A DNA stretch of 64,000 nt from Glycera tridactyla. Lineage: Eukaryota. A program made the position numbers and the translations under genes. Shown here piece after piece: positions 22,272 through 32,886 of this stretch. Each line of letters begins with the position of its first letter. The first letter of the stretch is position 1. The DNA is taken from the NCBI GenBank assembly GCA_965644265.1, contig OZ286463.1, forward strand, positions 372,001-436,000, read 5' to 3'. The notes beneath the pieces were generated by a model, which did no database searches, was not told where the DNA came from, and was given only the letters and a program-made list of their open reading frames with translations.

Positions 22272-24502
22272 TGTTTGTTGAATGCCTGCATCATGCGTGA
22301 CATCTGCATCATAAAGTCCATTGGGTTGAAATCGTCGCGTCGGTTGTTGCGTCCGCGCGGTTTTGTTGGGCTCCCCTGGCGTTGCTTTCTCGGTGAGCGA
22401 CGCTTCTCTTGGGGTGGTTGACGACTCGACATTGGCCTGTTGTCCCGCTGTCGGCCGCCAATTTGAAAATCCTCCTCCCGGCGAACTTGTTCCAAAGGAG
22501 AGCTGTGACCTGTGTCATCACGGGGGGACGCAGTGGGGCGGGCGGCGTCCTCACGTGGTGTGTTCTTCCGCGGCGATGTACGGCGCGGAGCGGTCTCAGT
22601 AGCCTTTGTTTTCTGCTTCTTCGCCGGCTCATGGTATTCCAAGGGATCATTGAAACTGTCTGAGTCCGGGACATACTTGTCACCTGCTGAGTCCAGCAGA
22701 TAATCCATCACATCCTGGTTCTCAACCATGCGGTATTGGTCCTTGGATTCGCTGCGTTTCAGGTTTTTCCGCGTGTTGATGCGGTCCCGCGCGCATGATG
22801 CCGCCAGGAGTTCCTTGCAAGAGTCGAAGCCTTCCTGGTCGGATTTATAGAAGTGCTGTATGGATTTGAGGTGGCCCTCTGCATCATCGCCACACTCTGC
22901 TGCCATCTCGTCCATTTGTCCCGCCAAGAAGCGAAGAGTGTCCTCCCCCTGCTTGAGCAGATGGCTGAGATACTTTCCAGCAAACTCCTTACTGTTGGGT
23001 ATAAACGCTGGTGCTGGGCGCATCCCCAGGGCGAATCTAGGGACTATTCCCCTGCTTGCCAGGTTGCGAAGGAATATCGCTCGTGTTTGCAGCTTCCCCT
23101 CCGTCATCATGTACCATTTGGCCCTTCTGTACGACGGGGCCGCCTTGTCTGGGATGTCAATCTCTTTCGCGAGTGCCTGCAACATAGAACAATTTTCACA
23201 TTCAGAGGATGGTGGTTTGTTCTTTTTCCTGCAAACATTACAAATAATGGGTAGGGTAGGTAAAGGTTCGGGTGGTGGTGCCTGCTCCTCCTGTCTCTCC
23301 CCATCATGGTTATCTGGCAGATCAATAGGACAATGGGGGGATTGTGATTGATTGCCAGAGTGGATTTTGTCACTCTTGGTGTCATCAGAGATTTTACTGC
23401 GTTTCTTGCTTTTTTTAGCAAGACTAGTATCTGATGAGTCACTGGAGCTGGAAGAGTTGGATGGCCTGAGTGACCTAGGGTCACTCTGGTTTCTCTTTCT
23501 CTTAGGTTTGTCGCCTTTCAGTTCATTGAGAGTTCTCAGATTTATCTCATCAAGAGCATCCAAGGCAACTGATGGGCAGGATTGGGTGCATGTAACGTTG
23601 TCATTCAAATTCTCTGGAGTGAGTGTTTTGACTGATTTTACATCACAGGGGCCCATGTCCGTGTGTATATCTGAGTGCTGTGGGCGAGGTGGGTGGGCGT
23701 TGACTGCATGTGTGGTAGCATGTGTGGACCCATCCTTGTCACCCTGCTTCACGTTTTGGCGGGTAAAGAATTTACTGATATTCTGAGCGCCTTTGACGTT
23801 ACAAGAGCTACCAGATTTCCGTATTGCCGTCACGGTTTTGCGTGCAGGAGTAGCTGCCTTCTGTGCAAACGACTGTTTGCTCGAAGGGATTGCGAGCTCC
23901 TCATTTTTATTGTTGTTCACGGCGCGGCGATGGGTTTCCAAATGTGGGAATTCCTCATCACTGTCAGCGTTTGGAATTCTCTGTTTTTTGGATTTCACGC
24001 ACGACGTGAGTTTATTTCCCAAATCGGCCTTTTGCGGACATGGAACCGGATGTACGGTTGCACTCGGCAGTGGGCGCGATGATTTTCTGATCCCGGCTGG
24101 GATGCCCGAACCAAACGTGGTCGTGACGCGTGAATGATGCGCGTCACGGGCCTCGGCGGAGTCCCGGGCTTTTGATGCATTTCTAACCGGTGGTAACGGT
24201 CGTGAAAAGTATGCGCTGGGATCAATTGGAACTAAGACATCGATAAGTCCGTTCGCAAGTGTAAGAGGTTCGTAAGAAGGATAACTTACGGTTTTTGGAG
24301 AGACTGTAGGGCGCTCAGATGAAGCGGCCTTATCTCCGTTGCTGGCGGCGATGGCGTTGTCAGCGCCCGTTGGCGCTCCATCAGCGCTGTCGCTTTGTCG
24401 ATCTCGTGGAGTATTTCCATTCGATTCTTGCGAATCGTCCGGGATATCCATATCTGCGATCTCTTCTTTCTTCTCCTCTCCATCAATGCTTTTGCGATCC
24501 AT
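22268..24502 (-). CDS. PLE-1 ORF1, 744 aa, unknown function: disordered N-terminus, CxxC-x10-CxxC, helical domain, R/S/P-rich tail
   Basis: Intact ORF from ATG in gacATGG context; homologous by eye to ORF1 of PLE-2 and PLE-3. Confidence 0.88.
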   Translation of the reverse strand: MDRKSIDGEEKKEEIADMDIPDDSQESNGNTPRDRQSDSADGAPTGADNAIAASNGDKAASSERPTVSPKTVSYPSYEPLTLANGLIDVLVPIDPSAYFSRPLPPVRNASKARDSAEARDAHHSRVTTTFGSGIPAGIRKSSRPLPSATVHPVPCPQKADLGNKLTSCVKSKKQRIPNADSDEEFPHLETHRRAVNNNKNEELAIPSSKQSFAQKAATPARKTVTAIRKSGSSCNVKGAQNISKFFTRQNVKQGDKDGSTHATTHAVNAHPPRPQHSDIHTDMGPCDVKSVKTLTPENLNDNVTCTQSCPSVALDALDEINLRTLNELKGDKPKRKRNQSDPRSLRPSNSSSSSDSSDTSLAKKSKKRSKISDDTKSDKIHSGNQSQSPHCPIDLPDNHDGERQEEQAPPPEPLPTLPIICNVCRKKNKPPSSECENCSMLQALAKEIDIPDKAAPSYRRAKWYMMTEGKLQTRAIFLRNLASRGIVPRFALGMRPAPAFIPNSKEFAGKYLSHLLKQGEDTLRFLAGQMDEMAAECGDDAEGHLKSIQHFYKSDQEGFDSCKELLAASCARDRINTRKNLKRSESKDQYRMVENQDVMDYLLDSAGDKYVPDSDSFNDPLEYHEPAKKQKTKATETAPRRTSPRKNTPREDAARPTASPRDDTGHSSPLEQVRREEDFQIGGRQRDNRPMSSRQPPQEKRRSPRKQRQGSPTKPRGRNNRRDDFNPMDFMMQMSRMMQAFNKQ

Positions 24503-25524
24503 GTCGTCTACGAAGTCAAACGGCAGTCGAACAGTGAAAAAATATCGAGAGACGTGGTAACAGGTCCGACTGTGATGCCGACACGACTACGAATGACGAT
24601 TTGGATCGCTCGGGCAGCGGGCGTTGCTGCGGTAACGTGACGTCACAAGTGATTGTGACGTCACAGGGTGAGCATTGTTTAGGAACCAGGTGACCCCGGA
24701 CACAATCATGTTGTGACTGTGTCATGGAGATTTGTTTACTTGGTTCCCAACCCACTGGAATTTTATTTATGGGGGAATAAAATTCCAGAAATTCGTAGTT
24801 TCGCCATTTCTATGGCTCATCAGGTGTCAATGGCTCCAAAGAATAAATAAAATTTGGTTCCAGCGAAAAATGACCTTTAATCCAGTTAAGGGGTCTCAGG
24901 GTTGGGGGTCCTCTCACAAATGACGTCGTGGGAGTGGTCCCTGTCCTGGTTCACTGTGGGGGATGGGTGATCCCTTGTGGTGAATATTCTGCCATGATAT
25001 CAGATTTATATCATTAGTCCTGATTTCAGCCAACGTGATGAGTTGGTGTTTAGGGACTACCTCATGGATAGCAAATTCAGTTATTTGTTGCCAAATGACT
25101 GTGTNNNNNNNNNNNNNNNNNNNNNNNNNNNNNNNNNNNNNNNNNNNNNNNNNNNNNNNNNNNNNNNNNNNNNNNNNNNNNNNNNNNNNNNNNNNNNNNN
25201 NNNNNNNNNNNNNNNNNNNNNNNNNNNNNNNNNNNNNNNNNNNNNNNNNNNNNNNNNNNNNNNNNNNNNNNNNNNNNNNNNNNNNNNNNNNNNNNNNNNN
25301 NNNNNNNNNNNNNNNNNNNNNNNNNNNNNNNNNNNNNNNNNNNNNNNNNNNNNNNNNNNNNNNNNNNNNNNNNNNNNNNNNNNNNNNNNNNNNNNNNNNN
25401 NNNNNNNNNNNNNNNNNNNNNNNNNNNNNNNNNNNNNNNNNNNNNNNNNNNNNNNNNNNNNNNNNNNNNNNNNNNNNNNNNNNNNNNNNNNNNNNNNNNN
25501 NNNNNNNNNNNNNNNNNNNNNNNN

Positions 25525-26146
25525 NGACGATGCAGAAGGACATCTTAAAAGCATCGAACATTTTTACAAACACGACGAGGAAGGCCTCAATGCATGCAAA
25601 GATCTTCTCGCCGCGAGCTGCGCCAGGGACAAAATCAGTACGAGAAAGAATCTGAAGCGCAGCGAAGGTAAAGATCAGTATAGATCCATTGAAGTCAAGG
25701 ACATTGTGGAGCAGTTACTTGACACAAAAGCGGAGACATACTCACCTGACACGGTTTCTTTCGAAGACCCACTTGTATTCCACGAATCTTCGTTGAAGGA
25801 GAAATCGACGGAAACCGGTCGCAAATCGCCTCGCAAATCGCCGGGAAGCAGCTCCCGGGATGAGCAACCACCGTCAAAGTCACCCCGAACGGAGGAAGAC
25901 AGCAAGTCCCCACTTGAAGCTGTCCAACCACGCAGGGGCAGGACGGATTTTCGCCGTGGCGACCGGACCCGGGACACCGCACCGGACTCGAGTCGCCCAA
26001 CGTCACCCGGACGCCGTCGCCGTCCAGAGGGCAACAACAACTTCAAAAAGAGCACCCCTCGCAGACGCGACAACGCCAACTTCAACCCAATGGAATTCAT
26101 GACACAGATGCAGCAGATGATGCAGATGTTCAACGGGAACCGTTAA
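25525..26146 (+). CDS. PLE-2 ORF1, C-terminal part
   Basis: DDAEGHLKSIEHFYKHDEEGLNACKDLLAASCARD matches PLE-1 DDAEGHLKSIQHFYKSDQEGFDSCKELLAASCARD; ends FNPMEFMTQMQQMMQMFNGNR. Confidence 0.85.
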
Positions 26147-26175
26147 CCAGCATCTGTCACAAGCACGGCCGCTCT

Positions 26176-28767
26176 TTGACATTGAGAGCAGACCGTAAGG
26201 TTTTTGTTCGAACTCAAGCCCCACATGTCATGGACACTGTACATACACGTGCTGGCCCAAATACGAACAATAACAACTCCTCTGTTAATAAACCCCAAAA
26301 TGAAGATTACTCAAAAATGTTGTTTTCATTCTCCGAGGAGGTAGCACCGAGTGTTGTTAACTTATCATCACATACACTCACACAAGCCCAGAACACCCTA
26401 CTCGAAAAGGGGCTGAACTTCTGTCCAACCCCTGGGGAGCCAGATATGCTTGAAGCGAGAAAAGACGTGGATCGCTTCCACCGACTTCTCCGTTTGCGAT
26501 CGTTTTTTGATAAAGACAAGACGAAAAAACCTGACCTTGCACCAGCAAGACAGGCATTCCTTGAATATCAATATGGCTCCCCAGCCGACGGACAGGGGTT
26601 GAACCCCGGTGACATCCACACCGACACGCAACCCCACACACTGACACCATTGGGAACCCAGATCACTAGCGATGGCTTCGAAAGCAGGAAATTCGCTAAC
26701 CCATCCACCTGGGAACCACCATGTAATCAACCGGTGGGCTTGGAAGCCTTCCAGTTATGCAATGAACTGGAACTTAGCCAAATGAAAACTCATTCGCCGG
26801 CGAAACAAAACTTGTCGGTAGATGAGCGACACGCGATTGGCGAACTCGCAAAAAACACAGAAATCGTCATCAAACCAGCTGACAAGGGCTCTGCAGTAGT
26901 CGTCATGAATCGTGACGACTACATCACGGAGGGCCTTCGCCAGTTGGCAGATGGCGACTTCTACCGCTCCACTGACGAATGCCTCACGGAAAAACACAAT
27001 GAGATAATTCGTCAAAAAATACTAAAAATGGTCTCGGATAAGGAAATCACTGTGAAAACCGGCGAATACTTATCCATCTTTAACCCACGCACTCCCCAAC
27101 TGTATCTGTTACCAAAAATACACAAAGGGAAAACACCACCTCCAGGCAGACCGATCATTTCGGCGAATGAATGTCCCACAGAACACATCTCCAAATTTGT
27201 GGACCACTTCATTCAGCCACATATCCATCAAATCAAATCATGGGTCAAAGATACGAGTCACTGCCTTGAGAAATTAGCCAAATTACCCAAGTTATCACAG
27301 GGATTTTTTTTGGCAACATTAGATGTGACGAGCTTATACACGAACATTCCACATGCGGAGGGAATTTCATGTGTCAGGAACTTCCTGGAGAAATACAGGA
27401 GTCCATCAGACAAGCCAACCACAGAATCACTTTTAGAACTCTTGCAATTCATTTTGGAACTTAACAATTTCCAATTCAATGGCAAAAACTATCTACAGGT
27501 GGGCGGCACAGCCATGGGTACACGCATGGCACCAAGCCTGGCTAATGTATTCATGGCTGATTTTGAAGAGCGCTTCATTTACAATCACGATCCTGCCCCA
27601 GATTTTTTCATCAGATATCTTGATGACTGCCTTCTGGGATGGAGCCATGGCAAAGATAAATTTGATGAGTTTGTGAGCGATTTGAATCAATGTCACAAAA
27701 GCATCAAATTTACATCATAGGTGTCACAAGAAGTGGTGCCTTTCCTGGATGTCAACATCCACCTACTGGATGGTGTCATCTGGACGGACCTCTATTGTAA
27801 ACCAACTGATAGCCACAATTATCTTCACTACAACTCCTCACACCCGGAGCACAACAAGAGCAGTCTCCCATATAGCCAGTATCTGAGACTGAAAAGGATC
27901 TGCTCTCGACATGAGGACTTTCTGAAGCATAGCAATATGATAACATTCCATTTTGTACGCAGGGGTTACCCCAAAGACCTGCTTCTGCAGGCCTTCAAAA
28001 GAGTAGTGAATTTGAAAAAGAACAGCCTGGTCGCGAAGGAACGCACCCCCGAACAGGATAACGAGACCGTTTTCCTGATTACCACTTTTGCCCCTGGTTT
28101 CACTGGGATCAAGGAAATGGTGGGCAAAAATTGGGGCATCCTGACGAGATCAAGCACTACCAAGAAGCTGAGTGACATGCGGGTAATACATGGCTACAGA
28201 CGCCCAAAGAACCTCAGGGACTCGTTGGTAAAAGCAAAACTAAAAGCAGAAACCAAATGCTGGACAGTTTTGAATTGTGAATCGCGCAATAAATGCAGCA
28301 CCAAAAACTGCAAATATTGTGCTATTCTGGACAGGAGTGGTAGGATCACCAGCAATTTCTCTGGGAGGGAATACTGCTCACGCAAAAATGTAACCTGCAA
28401 GAGCCCCAACCTCATATACTGTATCTCATGCAAAACATGTGGGAAACAATATGTAGGGCAAACAAAATTGAGGTGTATGGACAGAATCCAGGCCCACTTC
28501 AACACCATTCAGTCGAAGGATCCACGCCAACAGACTGATATTAGCAGGCACTTCAACCTCCCTGACCACAAAAGAAGGGGTGATGTAAAGGTAACCATTC
28601 TGGAGTTCATTTATGCATTCCCGGATGCAGACCATGCAGCAGCCATTCGTGATGAAACTGAATTTAAGTGGATCCACAGATTACGCACACAGCTACCCAT
28701 GGGCTTGAACACCATGGACAAGCCAATTGTGCGACTCCAGAAAAAAGTCAAAAAATCAAAAAAGTAA
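26176..28767 (+). pseudogene. PLE-2 ORF2 (RT + GIY-YIG) with one in-frame TAG at 27718-27720
   Basis: ORFs 26176-27720 and 27721-28767 are in the same frame; KFTS*VSQ here against KFTSEVSQ in PLE-1. Confidence 0.9.
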
Positions 28768-29366
28768 ATGTCATTCACTGAAATTTTGATATATTTTGTC
28801 TGAAACTTGATCTTTAAATATCCACCTGCCAATGCCATAGACCGGGTGTCCTACTTAATTCGGGTTGAATGCATCCGTCATGGGGGGTTTTTGGAGCAAC
28901 CAATTGGCAACTACAGCACCGGAGATGGGGAAACACTAGCCACGTCGGTTTTATTCATTTATTCAATGCAGACCCATCTCCGGTATGGAGTGGTGGGAGA
29001 TCACCACCATTGGAATCTACTATGAACCTTGGAAACTTCTCCAACTCGGACCACTACGTGATTTTGTATACCCGAAAACCTCTCGGGATTTCTCTAACGG
29101 AGATCTGGAGGGAAGAGGATGGATGGACCCGACACCCACTGTGACCACCAGTGTTTGGAGGATATACCATCTACAAGCATTCACCTTATGCTTGGGCACC
29201 ATGCAGTCCCATTTTGTTTAACCAGAACACGGGACAGAAAAACTTCACTGTGGGGGCTCGGGGGCACTTCCGAGGAAGTGCCCCCCCCCCACCCACAGAA
29301 AAGTGAGCCTCCTTTCCTTCCCCACAAATCAACAGCCATTGATTATAAAATTAATGCCAATGATAT

Positions 29367-29391
29367 CTGATGAGCCATAGAAATGGCGAAA
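29367..29391 (+). ncRNA. Hammerhead-ribozyme-like core in the PLE-2 3' region
   Basis: CTGATGA-gccat-agaa-atggc-GAAA, identical to the PLE-1 core. Confidence 0.55.
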
Positions 29392-30040
29392 CTGCGAATA
29401 ACCAGAGGCCAATTTTAACTAAGTTGCACCCCTGGCTCTGAGGCCACTCACACCCCACCATATATGGAAGTGCATCATAATATTATGGTTCACTGGGGCA
29501 ACGAGTCCGCCAAATAGCTCCTCTATGACATCACAATGCCTCCGAGGCATTGTGACGTCACTGTTGCCACGACAACAACGTCGTCGGTCCGAGCGTTCTA
29601 ATCTCGCATTCGCAGTCATATCGGCATTGAGAGCAGACGTCTTACCACGTCACTTCATATATATATATATATATATATATTTAGTGACGAGGCAGAAGGA
29701 GGTTCCTCTCTACTTGCGACCGAAGGAAGATTTGAAACGTCAGTTTCAAAACGCACCTTTATATTGACCAGAGACGCTTATTAGTTGTTAGGGGTGATTT
29801 GCTAGGCAACAGGCATCACAGCTCGGCGTTGCACCTCACTTTCCAGCCTTCACTGCCAAATAAGGTAAATCAAGTCAGACTCACTCAAAGACTTTGAACA
29901 AGAAATGTCTTTAACAAAATTCTTGCTCTAAAGTCGGTGGCCCCCCATGATTGCCCAAAAACATGTGATATTTGAAAATCATCACTGAATTTGTGCCAAA
30001 AAGTGCCAAACATTCAGTTTTGGCTTGCCATCTCCCTCGG

Positions 30041-30065
30041 TTTCGAAGTCAGAGCTTCTCATCAG
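30041..30065 (-). ncRNA. Hammerhead-ribozyme-like core in the PLE-3 pLTR
   Basis: Minus strand CTGATGA-gaag-ctctga-cttc-GAAA; stem II has a different sequence from PLE-1/2 but still pairs. Confidence 0.55.
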
Positions 30066-30529
30066 GCACGGTAGATTCCAAGCCTTCGGTCCCCATTTCT
30101 GGGTCTCAAAACCTCCCTTTAATGGTCTAAATTAACCGGTAGGGACCCATAGGCTCGGCCCTGGGTCTCTGGGTTTTGTCTGGGGGTGGTCACACCCCAA
30201 ACTATGGGAGGCGGTCCAAATGTATGGGCCTTAGTGGGTTCAGAATAAACTGCGTCATTCTTAGGTCATTTAAAGGGTTGACATTACCCTCCCACTTGTT
30301 GGATTTTAACATTGGCTAATGTTAAAATATAAACAAATAAGCGTCTGTCAATATTGACTCTGGTCACGGTGCATGGTAAGATGGCCTTTTCATGGTGGTC
30401 CTACCACCATGTCAGATCCCCATTCCCTTTCAGGAAATAAATTAAATATGAAGTGACGAGGCAACCTTCCAGGGTTCGGGGTCTGAAAACCCCTCCAAAA
30501 AATGGAGGGTATATACCCACGAATTTCAT

Positions 30530-32434
30530 TTAGGAATCTCTACCCTTTTTGTAGAATTTCCAGCTTCTGCTGCCACCATAGTCTTTGCTTTTCAGCATGG
30601 TATTTAGACCAGTGGGGCGTTGAGTTCTCAATCGCTGAATCCAATGTTTCTCAATTAAAAGCCTTAGATTCTCAGCGTATGGGGCCAAGGGATCTGTATA
30701 TACAAAATCCAGGACAAAGAGTTCCATGTCTTCTTTGCCTTTATGGCCTTCTTCATTGAAGTGTTTCCCTATGTCATCTTCAAGGACCTTTCTTTTGACC
30801 CTATCTACATGACCGTGCATTCTTTTCATAATTGTAGTGCGCGTTTGGCCTACATATTGCTTGCCACAGGTTTTGCATTGAATGCAATAAATCAGATTCG
30901 AGCTCTTGCAAGTGATGTTCATCTTGCAAGTGTATTTTTGACCCGTATATTTGCTGTGGATTGCACCTGTCCTATTCAAAATAGGGCAGTGATTGCACTT
31001 CCGGGTTGTACATGTATTTCTTCCCTGTTTTTCCACGGGGGCCTCTTTTTCTCTCATTTCTGGTAATTTTGCCCTCACCAGCATGTCTTTAAGGTTGGGT
31101 GGGCGACGGTAGCCAAAAATGACCTTCTTTTCAAAGAGGTCCTTCGTGACAGAGGATCTGGCTAGTACCTCCCAGTTTTCTTCCACAATACCCCGTATTT
31201 GGCTGTTTTTGGGGTTGTAAGTACTGGTTAAAAACAGGTTTTCAGAGTCAGGATCAACCTTCTGTCTTACCTGTAGTGTTTCTTCTCTCGTCTTCTCCAT
31301 AGTTCTAGTCCAGCCTTCCAGCACGAGCTCCAGTGGGTATCCCCTCCTCAGGAAATGCCCAAAAATGCTCATACCGTGTTTTATATAATCAGACTCCTTT
31401 GAGCAGATTCTTTTTACTCTCAGGAACTGACTATATGGTAGACTCTTTTTCATGTGAAATGGATGTGCAGAGCCAAAATGTAAGTAACTGTGGCTATCAG
31501 TAGGTTTGGAGTATACCTCTGTCCACAGTTCCATTTTTTCTGAAAGATGTACCCTAGTGTCCAGAAAAATGACTTCTGAGCATGATTTCTCCACTGTAAA
31601 CTTAATGTTTTCATGACAGCTATTCAGATATGTCATGAAATCATCTAGTGATTTTTCGCCTTCGGTCCAGATTCCAAAGATGTCATCCAGGAATCTCCTC
31701 CAAATGATGGGCTGCTCTTTATAGACATAGACAAATTTTTCCTCAAATTCACCCATGAAAAAATTGGCCAAGCTTGGGGCTACCCTTGTGCCCATTCCTA
31801 TTTGTAAATAATTTTCCCCATTGAAGTTGAAATTATTTCGAGTCAGCACTAGATCAAGCAAATGTATCAGAGATTCGTTTTTCGGCATCTTCTCATCATC
31901 TCTGTGCTCATCCAGCAAGCGTTTGATACATGCAACACCCTCCTGTTGGGGGATGTTCGTATACAAGCTGGTTACATCACACGTGAATAAAATGGCCCCC
32001 GGGGGCAGGGGTCCTATTTTTTCAATTGTGTTGATGAAATCAGTCGTATCTTTCAAATAACTTCGCACTTCGGGCAAGAGGGGTTTTATGAAGTGATCCA
32101 CCATTTTGGAAATTTTCTCCGTCGGGCATGCATTTGCAGATATAATTGGTCTACCCGGGGGTGGAATTTTTCCTTTGTGGATCTTGGGCAACATGTAAAA
32201 TGATGGGGTTCTGGGGGCCTCATTCAGCATATATGTATAACACTTATCTGAAATTTCTCCCCGAATTCTCATTTTTCTAAGGAGGTCACAAACTTCCTTA
32301 TTATGTTTTTGTGTCAGATCTTCCGTCATTTTCTTGTAGAATTTTTCCTTCTCAAGTTGGGACATCCCTTCCTTGATATAATCATCACGGTTCATGATTA
32401 CGATTTTGGAACCCTTATCAGCCTTTTTCACCAC
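30530..32434 (-). pseudogene. Truncated PLE-3 ORF2 copy with an in-frame deletion in an RT motif
   Basis: QIGMGTRVAPS here against QIGGTAMGTRVAPS in the + copy; the N-terminus is missing. Confidence 0.88.
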
Positions 32435-32767
32435 AACATTGCTGTTAGAGAAGAGGTCCTTGATCCCTCTTCTCTCATTTCGGCTGATATTCTCTGGAGA
32501 ATTTTTTGCAAAAGTGAATGTTTGGCACTTTTTGGCACAAATTCAGTGATAATTTTCAAATATCACATGTTTTTGGGCAATCATGGGGGGCCACCGACTT
32601 TAGAGCAAGAATTTTGTTAAAGACATTTCTTGTTCAAAGTCTTTGAGTGAGTCTGACTTGATTTACCTTATTTGGCAGTGAAGGCTGGAAAGTGAGGTGC
32701 AACGCCGAGCTGTGATGCCTGTTGCCTAGCAAATCACCCCTAACAACTAATAAGCGTCTCTGGTCAA

Positions 32768-32773
32768 TATAAA
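32768..32773 (+). promoter_or_regulatory. Possible TATA box in the PLE-3 pLTR
   Basis: TATAAA about 115 nt upstream of the ORF1 ATG; position and motif only. Confidence 0.25.
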
Positions 32774-32886
32774 GGTGCGTTTTGAAACTGACGTTTCAAA
32801 TCTTCCTTCGGTCGCACGTAGAGAGGAACCTCCTTCTGCCTCGTCACTAAATTTAGAAAATTACTTTGGAAGTTCCGAATTCGAAG

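Larger units (their letters stand above)
18648..25104 (-). mobile_element. Penelope-like element PLE-1: two intact ORFs, direct pseudo-LTRs, 3' end at a (TA)n tract
   Basis: 18644-19204 repeats at 24542-25104 (offset 5898, near-identical, runs into an N gap) and flanks ORF1 and the RT/GIY-YIG ORF2. Confidence 0.95.
25525..29656 (+). mobile_element. Penelope-like element PLE-2, a relative of PLE-1; 5' end lost in the N gap, 3' end at (TA)12
   Basis: ORF1 C-terminus and ORF2 are collinear with PLE-1; the 3' terminus ttaccacgtcacttc matches PLE-1 ttaccacgtctctcg. Confidence 0.93.
29681..32512 (-). mobile_element. Inverted, 5'-truncated copy of PLE-3 (RT through the full 3' pLTR)
   Basis: 30446-32512 is the reverse complement of 36381-38456 apart from a 9-bp deletion and a few substitutions; it continues about 765 bp further to (TA)12. 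Confidence 0.95.

Noticed and set aside
26035-26052. C-AAA-AAG in PLE-2 ORF1 as a -1 slippery site
   Set aside because: Does not fit X-XXY-YYZ and has no counterpart at the PLE-1 or PLE-3 junctions.
27718-27720. Programmed readthrough or selenocysteine at the in-frame stop in PLE-2 ORF2
   Set aside because: The codon is TAG, not TGA; PLE-1 has GAG (Glu) there, so one G-to-T change or a base-call error explains it; no readthrough context.
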